A DNA stretch of 64,000 nt, from positions 15,080 through 79,079 of the forward strand of contig JAVZXS010000003.1 in the NCBI GenBank assembly GCA_038886535.1, given 5' to 3'. The stretch comes from Candidatus Micrarchaeia archaeon (lineage in GTDB: Archaea; Micrarchaeota; Micrarchaeia; CABMEP01). Made by a program: the position numbers and the translations under genes. The number at the start of each line of letters is the position of its first letter. Position 1 is the stretch's first letter. Shown in pieces: positions 8,798-18,836 of this stretch. The notes beneath the pieces are model-generated. The model made no database searches. It had not been told where the DNA came from and worked only from the letters and a program-made list of their open reading frames with translations.

Positions 8798-10435
8798 TTA
8801 GTATTCTCCTCCGCCCATTCCACCTGTGCCTCCAGATCCTCCAGATGAAATTGGCTTTGGTTTTGCACTTATCATATCGCTAATTCTTAGCAACATTTCT
8901 GCAGCCTCACTTGCAGACATTATTGCCTGTTCCTTAACCTTTGCAGGTTCGATTACACCAAGTTTCTCCATGTTGTCTATTTTTCCATCATAGACATTAA
9001 CTCCATATACGAGGCCATCCTTGTTATTGTGCTTTGACCTCAATGATACAAGTGTATCTATTGCATCCATTCCTGCACTCTCTGCAAGTGTTCTTGGAAT
9101 TACTTCAAGTGCATCTGCAAATGCAAGTATTGCAAGCTGCTCCCTTCCTCCTATCTTATTTGCATATTCTCTGAGGTCCTTTGCCAACTCGATTTCTGTT
9201 GCTCCTCCACCAAATACATATTTTCCTTCCTCAATAGCAGAGGAAACTGCACCTATGGCATCTTTAATTGCCCTTTCTCCCTCGTTGACAACATGGTCTG
9301 TTGATGCTCTTACTAGTATTGTTACTGATTTAGGATCTTTGCACTTTTCAACAAATACCATTGCCTCTCCACCAATCTTTCTTTCCTCTATAAGTCCAGC
9401 ATGTCCAAGATCTTTTGGTGAAAGGTCATTCAGGATTGTAACTATTCTTGCTCCTGTTGCTCTTGCAAGCTTCTCCATATCGCTTCTCTTTACTCTTCTT
9501 ACTGCCACAATTCCTTTCTTTGCAAGATAGTGTTGTGCAACATCATCTATTCCTTTTTGACAGAATACAACGTTCGCTCCGCTCTTCTCTATTTTTTCAA
9601 CCATTTCCTTAAGCATTTTTTCTTCTTGCTCAAGGAATGCAGTCAACTGAGAAGGATCAGTTATTTCGATCTTCGCATCTGTTTCAGTTTTCTCAATTTC
9701 TAGAGAGGTGTCAAGCAATGCGATTTTTGCATTCTCAACTTTCTTCGGCATTGCGGGATGCACTATCTCTTTATCAATTAAAACTCCATTTATAAGTGTG
9801 GTGTCATCAATTGACCCGCCTGCCTTTTTCTCTATTTTTATTAAATCTTGATCAATCACAAGTTTGCCATCCTTCTGTTCTGCAACTTGTGTAACTGCAT
9901 CTACTACAATCTTTGCAAGGTGGTCTTTTGATTCACCCACTCCTACTGATTTTGATCCCATTGAAATAGAAGCTATATTGTAAAGTACTTTTGTATCTTT
10001 GATGGTTACTGGCTTTGATATCTCTTTTACTCTTGCTATTGCTCTTGTTGCAGCAAGCTTGTAACCTCTAAGTATTGTAGATGAATGAATATCTTTGTCA
10101 AGTAAATCTTCTGCCCCTTTAAGTAATTCACCAGCTAACACAACAGAGGTAGTGGTTCCATCACCAACTTCCTTATCTTGTGTTTTTGCAACCTCTACAA
10201 GAATCTTAGCTGCAGGATGGTCTGTATTCATTTCAGTCAAAATCGTTGCTCCGTCATTAGTTATTACGATGTCTCCGAGCTCCGATACCAGCATTACATC
10301 GCTTCCCCTAGGACCAAGTGTTTTCTTTACTATTTCTCCAACTGCTCTTCCAACTACAATCATAATTCTCTGTGCATCTCTTCCTACAGTTCTTGAACTT
10401 CCCTCTGGAAGTATCATATTTTGTGAATTCGCCAT
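8798..10435 (-). CDS. ths: thermosome subunit (group II chaperonin)
   Basis: [25 protein letters not shown] and a GG(M/T)GG C-terminal tail. Confidence 0.95.
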   Translation of the reverse strand: MANSQNMILPEGSSRTVGRDAQRIMIVVGRAVGEIVKKTLGPRGSDVMLVSELGDIVITNDGATILTEMNTDHPAAKILVEVAKTQDKEVGDGTTTSVVLAGELLKGAEDLLDKDIHSSTILRGYKLAATRAIARVKEISKPVTIKDTKVLYNIASISMGSKSVGVGESKDHLAKIVVDAVTQVAEQKDGKLVIDQDLIKIEKKAGGSIDDTTLINGVLIDKEIVHPAMPKKVENAKIALLDTSLEIEKTETDAKIEITDPSQLTAFLEQEEKMLKEMVEKIEKSGANVVFCQKGIDDVAQHYLAKKGIVAVRRVKRSDMEKLARATGARIVTILNDLSPKDLGHAGLIEERKIGGEAMVFVEKCKDPKSVTILVRASTDHVVNEGERAIKDAIGAVSSAIEEGKYVFGGGATEIELAKDLREYANKIGGREQLAILAFADALEVIPRTLAESAGMDAIDTLVSLRSKHNNKDGLVYGVNVYDGKIDNMEKLGVIEPAKVKEQAIMSASEAAEMLLRISDMISAKPKPISSGGSGGTGGMGGGEY

Positions 10436-10578
10436 ATTTTCACCCCTAAAATTAATTATATATTAAAACGACAATTGTTTTAACAAATAGAGCAATCCTA
10501 TTAAATAAAATATAGATGTCTATATTTATAATATTTGTATAGAAAAATTTAAGAAGTTTAAATATCTATAATTCAACT

Positions 10579-11325
10579 TTATCTTTTTAATTTAAGTGCA
10601 AATTCAGTAACAGATTTGTATACTTCCTTTGCACCAAGCTTCTTTAAGACTGCTCTTTCAGTACTTCCTGACATGATTCCAATAGGAATGCAACCTGCAG
10701 CCTTTGCAGCAATTATATCAGCTTCGCTGTCCCCTAAGTAATATGTTTCACTTGGTTTTAATCCTAATTTCTTACATGCTTTTAGTATCATTTCAGGAGA
10801 TGGCTTTGGCTGAGATGCATCTTCAGATGTAATCACAGTTTCAAAAATATTTATTACATCTCTGTCTTGCATCCATACTTGGTTGTATTCTCTTTTTGCA
10901 TTAGTTACTACGCCTAATTTAAAACCAGAATCCTTAAGTAATTTAGCACCTTTTTTACCTGCTCTTACAGGAGGTATACGCCTAAAAACTTTAGGGTCAG
11001 TAAGAGTTTTATTGTATGCGTAATGCATTTTTTCGAAATCTTCTTTACTTATGGGGGTTTTTTTCATCAATTCTTTTACATATTCAACAGGATATTTTTT
11101 CCATAAAATTCGTGTTATATCTTCTCCATTTTTAGCGATTGCATAGAGAGCTTTTAAGAATTCATCTTGATGATTCAATTCAGCAAAACCCCTTAACTTC
11201 CATGTTGCGGCAGGGTAGGAATTCAATTTAAGTCCAACTGCCTCTAACGCTTTTTCGTATGCGTGATGAAATGCATTTTTGGAGTCCCTAATGACTCCTT
11301 CCATGTCAAGGAGGATTCCCTTCAT
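10579..11325 (-). CDS. HAD-superfamily hydrolase (phosphatase-like)
   Basis: N-terminal LLDMEGVI nucleophile-motif region, VVTNA, and C-terminal YLGDSEADIIAAKAAG. Confidence 0.7.
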   Translation of the reverse strand: MKGILLDMEGVIRDSKNAFHHAYEKALEAVGLKLNSYPAATWKLRGFAELNHQDEFLKALYAIAKNGEDITRILWKKYPVEYVKELMKKTPISKEDFEKMHYAYNKTLTDPKVFRRIPPVRAGKKGAKLLKDSGFKLGVVTNAKREYNQVWMQDRDVINIFETVITSEDASQPKPSPEMILKACKKLGLKPSETYYLGDSEADIIAAKAAGCIPIGIMSGSTERAVLKKLGAKEVYKSVTEFALKLKR

Positions 11326-11544
11326 GTGAACACTTTTTTGTTATTTTTCTTTATATTGTATATTCATAGGTTATTTATAAATGTTTTGTTTTACATTTTT
11401 GTTGAATTCTTTAATTATAAGGATCATCTTTATAATATTCAAGCATCAGTATAAAGGAAATAGATCAAAATTTACAACTAAAATAGTTAAAGTATATTCG
11501 TTTTATTCCTATTTATTTTTAAATTTTTATTCTTATTTTATTGC

Positions 11545-12300
11545 ATGAAAATAATTTTTTTAGGTACTGGCGGTGGAAGAATAAATGTTACGTATAGATT
11601 TAGGTCCACATCTGGATTTCTAATTCAAGGTTCAAAACAGATTTATGTAGACCCAGGTCCCGGGGTGATTCCTGATGCAAAAAAACACAAGATTAAACTT
11701 AACAAAATAGATGCAGTATTTGTTTCACATCCACATCTGGATCATGCAAACGACATGAACGTGTTAATTGAGGCTATGACATACGCAACATCAAAGAAAA
11801 GAGGTATTCTTTTCGGACCAGAAACCTTATTTAAAAAAGAGCTCGAATTCGGTGTTTCTCTTTCAAAGTATCATGCAAATCTTCTAGATGCGTATTACAA
11901 AATGAAACCAAACGAAAATATAGACTTAGGTTCCTTTTCAATAAAAGCAACAAAAGCAAAACACGATAACACAAAAGGAATCGGATTTGTTTTAGAAATG
12001 GATGGAAAAAGAATAGGATATACGGGAGATACAGAATATTTTGAAGGAATTTCTGACAGTTATAAAGATTTAGATCTTTTAATAATTAATGTTCTACGTG
12101 CGCAAGAAAAATGGGAAGGACATCTTGACAAGTATTCGTGTCTTTCACTTTTGAAAGAGACAAAGCCAAAGATTGCAATCCTTACAAGATTCGGAGGAGA
12201 ATACCTAAAAACAAAAGCAGAAGATGTTGCAAAATGGCTTCAAAAAGAAAGCAAAGTCAAGGTAATCGCATCTTATGATGGGATGGAATTTGAGTTCTAA
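11545..12300 (+). CDS. metallo-beta-lactamase-fold hydrolase (possibly RNase Z/PhnP-like)
   Basis: IIFLGTGGG N-terminus, HPHLDHAND (HxHxDH) and YTGDT. Confidence 0.7.
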   Translation: MKIIFLGTGGGRINVTYRFRSTSGFLIQGSKQIYVDPGPGVIPDAKKHKIKLNKIDAVFVSHPHLDHANDMNVLIEAMTYATSKKRGILFGPETLFKKELEFGVSLSKYHANLLDAYYKMKPNENIDLGSFSIKATKAKHDNTKGIGFVLEMDGKRIGYTGDTEYFEGISDSYKDLDLLIINVLRAQEKWEGHLDKYSCLSLLKETKPKIAILTRFGGEYLKTKAEDVAKWLQKESKVKVIASYDGMEFEF

Positions 12301-12481
12301 CTTCCACTAAATATATCAAATTTTCTTTATTAAATTCAAAACCATTTTAAAATTTCATATCTATATCTTATATTATCTTTATGTAAGATGCGATTGGCAA
12401 AGTAATGAGCCATCTAGCCAATTTTAGTCGATCATTAGTTATCTTGAATGAATCTTTATGTATTATGTATGTTGTGGTTTT

Positions 12482-14899
12482 ATGTCAATCCAATTAAACG
12501 AAGCAAAGATCAAAGAAAAAAATTGGGATAAAAAGTTCGAGCAAGAAATGTACGAAGAACTAAAAACAAGTCCAATCTATAAATTCCAAGAAAATTCAAA
12601 CAAACCTTTATTCTCTATCGATACCCCTCCTCCTTATGTAAATACGCCTATTCATATTGGACAATTGACTACGTATGTCCTTATGGATATGTTTGCAAGA
12701 TTCCATAGGATGATAGGCTATAATGTAATATTTCCATTGGGTTTAGATCGAAATGGTCTTCCAATAGAGATGGCTGCAGAAAAGAAGTTCAATGTAAAGT
12801 TGAATCAGATCGAAAGAGAAAAGTTTCTTGAGATGTGCAAATCAGTGCTTGAGGAATCCTCTACCACCTCAACCAATTCTTTCCTTAAAGCAGGAGTTTC
12901 CTTTTCTTCTTGGGAATTTGGAAATAAAATAGGAGACGCATATATGACAGATTCTCCAGAATATAGAGCTTTAACTCAAGGTACATTTATAGATATGTGG
13001 AATGCAGGTTTAATATATGAATCAGAAAGAACGAATAACTACTGTCCCGGATGTAGAACAACACTTGCAGACGCAGAAGTCGAGTATGTGGATCTTCCTA
13101 CAAAATTTTATGATGTAGCATTTACAGTTAAAGAAACAGGAGAGGAGATTATAATTGCAACAACAAGACCAGAACTTCTTGGAAGTTGCGCAATGGTAAT
13201 TTATAATCCAGAAGATGAAAGATACAATAAAAAACTTGAAGGAAAACATGCTATCGTTCCAATATTTAACAAGATAGTTCCAATAAAAGCACATCCACTT
13301 GCTAATCCAGAAAAAGGATCTGGACTAGTTATGATGTGTTCATTTGGAGATCTTGCAGATATTAGGTTCTTTAGAGAGATGAATTTAACTCCTATCTATT
13401 CAATAGGGCAAGACGGGAGAATGAATGAAAATGCAGGACCAGCTGCAGGACTTCCAGTTCTCAAGGGAAGAGAAAAAATTGTTTCTGTACTAAAAGAACA
13501 GAATAAGATAAGAGGCGAGAAACAGATAATGCACAGAACACCAATATGTGAAAGATCGAAAGATCCGATAGAATTTATTCCGATGAAGGAATTCTATGTT
13601 AGGCAATTAGATCAGAAAGAAAAAATGCTCGAAATGGCAAATAATATGAATTTCTTTTCAGAAGAGAGTAGAAAGATGATGGTGGATTGGATAAATAGCC
13701 TTTCAATAGATTGGCCAATAAGTAGAAGAAGATACTATGCTACTGAAGTTCCGTTGTGGTATTGCAAGAATTGCAATGAAGTAATAGTTCCACCAAAAGG
13801 AAAGTACTACAGACCTTGGAAAGAGAATCCTCCAATTGAGAAATGCCCGAAGTGTGGAAGTAAAGAGTTCATAGGAGAAACAAGAGTTTTTGATACATGG
13901 TTTGATTCTTCAATAACTCCTCTTTATATTTTAGGCTATGAACGTCATCCGGACTTCTTCAAGTCGCATAATCAATGTACATTAAGGCCACAAGGAAAGG
14001 AAATAATTAGAACGTGGCTTTATTACACTGTACTTAAGTGCTATCTTTTGACAGGAAAACAGATATTTAGGGATGTATGGATAAATTACCATATAGTGGA
14101 TGAAAAAGGAAATAAGATGTCGAAATCTCTCGGAAACGTTATAGATCCACAAAAAATTCTCGAACAATTTGGCGCAGAGCCATTTAGATTATGGGCCGTA
14201 TTCGAAGGAAACATAACAGAACAAGATTTCAGATGCTCAAATGAAAGGATACAGGGTGCTGGAAAGACTCTTAATAAATTGTGGAATATTGCAAAATACG
14301 TCTCAATGTTTCCGCAAGTTGAGAAGCCGAAGAATCTGTCACCACTTGATCAAGCTATTTTGAACGAGTTTTATTCTATTATTGAATATGCAAAAATAAG
14401 ATTTAACAATTATGACTTTCACAATCCTGCAATAAGGATAAGGAATTTTATATGGGAAACTTTTGCATCTCACTACATAGAACTTTCAAAGAATCGTGCC
14501 TATAATAGTGAAGGAAAGTTTACTGAAGAAGAGCAATCATCAGCTATTTGGACATTGCATGAAATAATGTCAAATCTGTTGAAGCTTCTTGCACCTATAA
14601 TACCATTTGCAACCTGGAAGATTTACAAAGAAATGTATGGAAAGAATGTTCATGCAGAAACATTTCCGATTTCTGGTGAGATAAAAGAGTTGGAATTCTC
14701 ATTTGCTGAACTAGAAGAGATTGATAGCAAGATATGGAAGGCAAAGAAAGATAATGGGCTATCGCTAAAAGATCCAATCAAAGTATTGGAAATACCAGAG
14801 AAATTTAGAATTGTCGAGAATGACATAATTAATGCACACAAAGTAAGTGAATTGAGATACGGGGAATTTAATATTATTGTTGATAAAAAACAACAATAG
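12482..14899 (+). CDS. valS: valyl-tRNA synthetase (class Ia)
   Basis: HIGH-like PIHIGQ and KMSKS. The editing-domain block GSGLVMMCSFGDLADIRF resembles the archaeal ValRS TFGD block. FDTWFDSS is present. The ATG at 12482 is preferred over the longer ORF start at 12458. Confidence 0.75.
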   Translation: MSIQLNEAKIKEKNWDKKFEQEMYEELKTSPIYKFQENSNKPLFSIDTPPPYVNTPIHIGQLTTYVLMDMFARFHRMIGYNVIFPLGLDRNGLPIEMAAEKKFNVKLNQIEREKFLEMCKSVLEESSTTSTNSFLKAGVSFSSWEFGNKIGDAYMTDSPEYRALTQGTFIDMWNAGLIYESERTNNYCPGCRTTLADAEVEYVDLPTKFYDVAFTVKETGEEIIIATTRPELLGSCAMVIYNPEDERYNKKLEGKHAIVPIFNKIVPIKAHPLANPEKGSGLVMMCSFGDLADIRFFREMNLTPIYSIGQDGRMNENAGPAAGLPVLKGREKIVSVLKEQNKIRGEKQIMHRTPICERSKDPIEFIPMKEFYVRQLDQKEKMLEMANNMNFFSEESRKMMVDWINSLSIDWPISRRRYYATEVPLWYCKNCNEVIVPPKGKYYRPWKENPPIEKCPKCGSKEFIGETRVFDTWFDSSITPLYILGYERHPDFFKSHNQCTLRPQGKEIIRTWLYYTVLKCYLLTGKQIFRDVWINYHIVDEKGNKMSKSLGNVIDPQKILEQFGAEPFRLWAVFEGNITEQDFRCSNERIQGAGKTLNKLWNIAKYVSMFPQVEKPKNLSPLDQAILNEFYSIIEYAKIRFNNYDFHNPAIRIRNFIWETFASHYIELSKNRAYNSEGKFTEEEQSSAIWTLHEIMSNLLKLLAPIIPFATWKIYKEMYGKNVHAETFPISGEIKELEFSFAELEEIDSKIWKAKKDNGLSLKDPIKVLEIPEKFRIVENDIINAHKVSELRYGEFNIIVDKKQQ

Positions 14900-15088
14900 A
14901 TAAGTAACTAGATAATAGGTTCGCTTTTGTGAGTAGGTGTATAGAGGTATATAAGAATATTTAAAAACTTTAATCACATATATGTTATCATCATCGTTTT
15001 TTGATGAGATAATATAGCTCTTTAAATTATATTTTATATTAACATTGATTTATGTCGTTCTATTGAACGACACTATCAAGTGGGTATT

Positions 15089-15538
15089 ATGGCAAGATTG
15101 CATACAAAGAAAAAAGGAAAGTCTGGTTCAAGGAAATTTACAGGCAGTTCCTTACAGCCTGAAATGAGTAAAGAAGAGATTGAAAAGATCGTAGTTGATC
15201 TTTATAGAGCAGGCAATGCACCTTCTCTTATTGGTCATATTCTGAGAGACCAATATGCAATAGGAAGTGTAAGGCAGGCTACTGGAAAATCAATTTTAGA
15301 GATAATTGAAACTGCTACTGGAAGAAAAGAATTTCCGGAGAATTTAGCAAATTTAATGAAAAAGGCAGTTAGATTAAGAGCACATCTTGAAAAACACAAG
15401 TCAGATCTTCATAACAAAATTAAGCTTAATTCAATAGAAACAAAGATTAGAAGACTTGGAAAGTATTATATCAGAAAGAAAGTTCTTCCAGCGGATTGGA
15501 AGTATGATCCTGCAGTTGCAGCGATTCAATTCAAATGA
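15089..15538 (+). CDS. rps15: 30S ribosomal protein S15 (uS15)
   Basis: MARLHTKKKGKSGS N-terminus typical of archaeal S15/eukaryotic S13; ATG at 15089 preceded by AAGTGGGT. Confidence 0.9.
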   Translation: MARLHTKKKGKSGSRKFTGSSLQPEMSKEEIEKIVVDLYRAGNAPSLIGHILRDQYAIGSVRQATGKSILEIIETATGRKEFPENLANLMKKAVRLRAHLEKHKSDLHNKIKLNSIETKIRRLGKYYIRKKVLPADWKYDPAVAAIQFK

Positions 15539-15580
15539 TTCGTATTCATCATAGGATGAACGATTTTAATTGGTGATTAT

Positions 15581-16159
15581 TTGGTAAAGAAAGTTGTTGA
15601 TACTTGGAAAACAAAACAGTGGTATGAAGTGGTTGCACCACAGGTATTTGATTCAAAAGTAGTCGGAGAGATCATCTCTTCAGATCCGAAGCTTCTTAAG
15701 GATAGAGTTGTTAAGGTTGGGCTTGATGAACTTACTGGTGATTTTTCTCAAGCATATACTAATGTGAAGCTTAGGGTCGTTGATGTAAAAGGAAAGACTG
15801 CAATTACAAAGTTTATTGGTTCAGAGCAACTGCCAAGCTATATTAGGACATTTGTAAGAAGGAGAAAAACTATAATCGATGATGTAATAGATGTAAAGAC
15901 TATGGATGGACAAAAATTTAGAATAAAGCCAATAGTATTTGCAGCGGGTAAAATCGCAAGAGGTGCAGAAGCAGAAATAAGAGTAAAATTAAGAGCTCTT
16001 CTTACTGAAAAGGCTTCACAGACAAACAGCGACGACCTGATTAGAGAGTTACTATTTAAGAAGTATGCTCAATCTCTAATTCCTGCAATAAAGAAGATAG
16101 CACCTATAAAAAGAATAGAAATAAGAAAGATTGAGCTCAAAGAAGTCTTTACTCAGTAA
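15581..16159 (+). CDS. rps3ae: 30S ribosomal protein S3Ae (eS1)
   Basis: KKVVDTWKTKQWYEVVAP N-terminus; TTG start preceded by GGTGAT. Confidence 0.85.
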   Translation: MVKKVVDTWKTKQWYEVVAPQVFDSKVVGEIISSDPKLLKDRVVKVGLDELTGDFSQAYTNVKLRVVDVKGKTAITKFIGSEQLPSYIRTFVRRRKTIIDDVIDVKTMDGQKFRIKPIVFAAGKIARGAEAEIRVKLRALLTEKASQTNSDDLIRELLFKKYAQSLIPAIKKIAPIKRIEIRKIELKEVFTQ

Positions 16160-16204
16160 GTTGTAAATAACTATTTTTTATTTATTATACTTTTTTATTG
16201 TTTT

Positions 16205-16993
16205 TTATTGATTCAGTATTTCTTTTGCTCTCTTTTCAAATTCTTCTCTTAACTCCTTTCCTACAAAATGGCCCTTTCCATAGGCATCAACCTTTGCTGC
16301 TATCGCAAGCTTTGATGCCAAAGCCCTTGCCAGTTTTCCTCTTTTATTTTTAGGTGCAGAGTGTATTAAAGTATGTTGGAATATGATTCCATGTTTAGGT
16401 GGTTTTGTTTTTCTTCTTAGATGTTTAAACAATGCTTTCTCAGCACCTAGGACCTGAATAGTGCTTGCAGGTAGCTTTGCAAGTTTTTCAAGGCTTCCTA
16501 CGTGAGAAATTAGCTTTGATGCTATCTTAGGACCACCTACTTCTACTAAATTTGGACATATCTCTCTAGCAAGCTGCTCTTCGTATTGTTGAAGCTGTAA
16601 TTTTGTTTCTTCAAGCATTATTATTTGTTGGGCAAGTAGTTTTATCGCATCAAGATCTTTTTCTTCCAGTTCTGATCCCATTGTTTTTTCTAATGAATTT
16701 ATTACTCCTTGTGCTTTTTCACCCAGTAGGCTTTGAATTGACTTTTTGGTTGAATTCATATCCTTTTTATTTATCTGTAAAACTAGATTCGAGTATTTTA
16801 TTCTATCATCAATTTTTAATTCTGGAAAATAAACACCATACCATTCAGTTAGTCTCTCAAATAGAAGATTTGTTTGTTTTTCTATATCTGTAATTGCATT
16901 GTCAGCAAAGACAAGTAGATTGTCTTTTGATAGGTAAGATTTCTTTATTTTAGCCTTCATCTCCTCAAGAATCTTCATTCTTTTTTTGTCCAT
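16205..16993 (-). CDS. Nop56/58 (Nop5)-family C/D RNP protein, short form without the N-terminal domain
   Basis: RLTEWYGVYFPEL, GAEKALFKHL, KHGIIFQH and ARALASKLAIAAKVD Nop-domain blocks. It is only 262 aa and starts in the coiled-coil region. Confidence 0.8.
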   Translation of the reverse strand: MDKKRMKILEEMKAKIKKSYLSKDNLLVFADNAITDIEKQTNLLFERLTEWYGVYFPELKIDDRIKYSNLVLQINKKDMNSTKKSIQSLLGEKAQGVINSLEKTMGSELEEKDLDAIKLLAQQIIMLEETKLQLQQYEEQLAREICPNLVEVGGPKIASKLISHVGSLEKLAKLPASTIQVLGAEKALFKHLRRKTKPPKHGIIFQHTLIHSAPKNKRGKLARALASKLAIAAKVDAYGKGHFVGKELREEFEKRAKEILNQ

Positions 16994-17122
16994 AATACCA
17001 TCTCTTTCTAATATAATCTATACCTGGTTTTCTCTTAATATATATTAAAGATGCAATTTATTAATTTTACTTTATATTATATTTATTCATTGTTATTTTT
17101 CTATACATTTCGAAGTGAGAAA

Positions 17123-18628
17123 ATGACATCTACTGAAGTAAGAGAAAAGATAATGCAGATCGCATTAAGAAGAGGGATTTTCTTTCCAGCAGCAGAGATA
17201 TATTCACCAGTTGGAGGAATTTATGATTTAGGTCCAGTTGGAAGAGCTATTAAGGATAAGATAATTAAGCTTTGGCGTTCAATCTTTATAGAGAGGAATG
17301 GATTTCTTGAGATAGAGACATCTTTGATACTTCCAGAACCAGTTTTAAAAGCTTCAGGCCACTTAGATCATTTTAGCGATCCGGTCACAACATGTAAGCT
17401 TTGTGGCAATAAGTTCAGAGCAGATCATCTTCTTCAGGAAAACAATGTGAATGTAGAAGGAAAGTCAATAGATGAGATAAATCAGATTTTGAAGGTTGCG
17501 GATATCAAATGTCCAACGTGTGGAAAGAAAGGTTTTTCAGATGTAGAGTTCTTTAATCTCATGTTTAAGACAAACATCGGTCCTGTCGAGGGAACTCCTG
17601 GCTATTTAAGGCCTGAAACAGCGCAAGGAATCTACCTTGCATTCCCTCGTTTATTCAGGGTTTATGGAAAGCTTCCGCTTGCAATAGGACAGGTTGGGAA
17701 GTCATTCAGGAACGAAATATCTCCAAGGCAGGGGTTTGTTAGACTAAGAGAATTTACTCAGATGGAAGTGGAATATTTCTTTGATCCTTCAAATGCAAAG
17801 GTTAAGGAAATAGATAGAGTTCTTAATCGAAAAGTTCCTATTTTGACAAGAGAGAGCCAGGAAGAAGCAAGGAAAAATGGAACAGAACCAAAGGTTTCAT
17901 TTCTTACTGTGAAAGAACTCATAGAAAGAAAAATAGCTCCTAATGAGCCAATGGCATTTTTCCTTGGTCTCGCTTCAGAATTCTATGAGAGATGCGGAAT
18001 ACCTGAAGGAAAGATAAGATTCAGACATCTTTTCATGGATGAAGTGCCCCATTATTCTGGAGGAAATTTTGATCCAGAGGTAGAAACTTCATATGGCCAT
18101 ATAGAAGTAGCAGGTATTGCATATAGAACAGATTATGATTTGAAATCGCATTCTCATCTTTCAGGCAAAGATCTGTCAGTAACTCTGCCAGATGGAAGAA
18201 AAATCATTCCGCATGTAGTGGAACCATCATTAGGAGTGGAGCGTCTTATCTGGGCTATTCTTGAGCATTCATATAGAGGAAAGGATGGTGTCCATGATTG
18301 GGAATGGTTTGATCTACCACCAGAGCTTTCGCCATATGATGTTGCAGTATTTCCACTCATGAAAAAAGATGGTCTTGCAGAGAAAGCAAATGAAGTCACT
18401 GCATTTCTCAGAGGAAAAGGTCTTTCTGTTCTTTATGATGAATCTGGAAGCATAGGAAAGAGGTATGCAAGAGCAGACGAGATAGGAATGAAATGGGCAG
18501 TTACAATAGATTATGATACACTTAAAGATGATACAGTTACAATAAGAGATAGAAATACTGCAAAGCAAGTAAGATTGAAAATAAGCGAAATTATGGATTT
18601 CATAAAAAATAATTCAAAGATTTTATGA
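17123..18628 (+). CDS. glyS: glycyl-tRNA synthetase (archaeal/eukaryotic alpha2 type)
   Basis: RRGIFFPAAEIYSPVGGIYDLGPVG, FRNEISPRQGFVRLREFTQME (motif 2) and a C-terminal anticodon-binding domain. ATG at 17123 follows GAAGTGAGA. Confidence 0.9.
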   Translation: MTSTEVREKIMQIALRRGIFFPAAEIYSPVGGIYDLGPVGRAIKDKIIKLWRSIFIERNGFLEIETSLILPEPVLKASGHLDHFSDPVTTCKLCGNKFRADHLLQENNVNVEGKSIDEINQILKVADIKCPTCGKKGFSDVEFFNLMFKTNIGPVEGTPGYLRPETAQGIYLAFPRLFRVYGKLPLAIGQVGKSFRNEISPRQGFVRLREFTQMEVEYFFDPSNAKVKEIDRVLNRKVPILTRESQEEARKNGTEPKVSFLTVKELIERKIAPNEPMAFFLGLASEFYERCGIPEGKIRFRHLFMDEVPHYSGGNFDPEVETSYGHIEVAGIAYRTDYDLKSHSHLSGKDLSVTLPDGRKIIPHVVEPSLGVERLIWAILEHSYRGKDGVHDWEWFDLPPELSPYDVAVFPLMKKDGLAEKANEVTAFLRGKGLSVLYDESGSIGKRYARADEIGMKWAVTIDYDTLKDDTVTIRDRNTAKQVRLKISEIMDFIKNNSKIL

Positions 18629-18679
18629 TAAGAAAAAGTTTATAAATAATAAATACATATATTACTATCAGAAATTTCA

Positions 18680-18731
18680 AAGACTTTTTTAAGATTGTTT
18701 TCTAACGTGCCAATCTTAAAGTCTTGTTTTT
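18680..18731 (+). terminator. stem-loop followed by a T5 run downstream of glyS
   Basis: AAGACTTT(TTT)AAGATTG pairs with CAATCTTAAAGTCTT (15 bp with a 3-nt bulge, 13-nt loop), then GTTTTT. Confidence 0.4.
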
Positions 18732-18836
18732 AACATTATTTGGTACGTTTATGTGCTGTATATAAATCTAAACATTGGCTTAATCAGATTAGACTAAAGT
18801 CCAAAGATTTAACAGCACATTCATAAAGGTGAAAAA

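Noticed and set aside
9021-10466. 169-aa, 123-aa and 72-aa ORFs on the plus strand inside the thermosome gene
   Set aside because: They are antisense to a very well supported gene. Their Ser/Ala/Ile-rich low-complexity translations are typical of antisense frames.
18751-18820. Possible H/ACA guide sRNA upstream of the PIN-ATPase gene
   Set aside because: The internal loop is too small for a pseudouridylation pocket. There is no K-turn/K-loop signature and no ACA box directly 3' of the lower stem.
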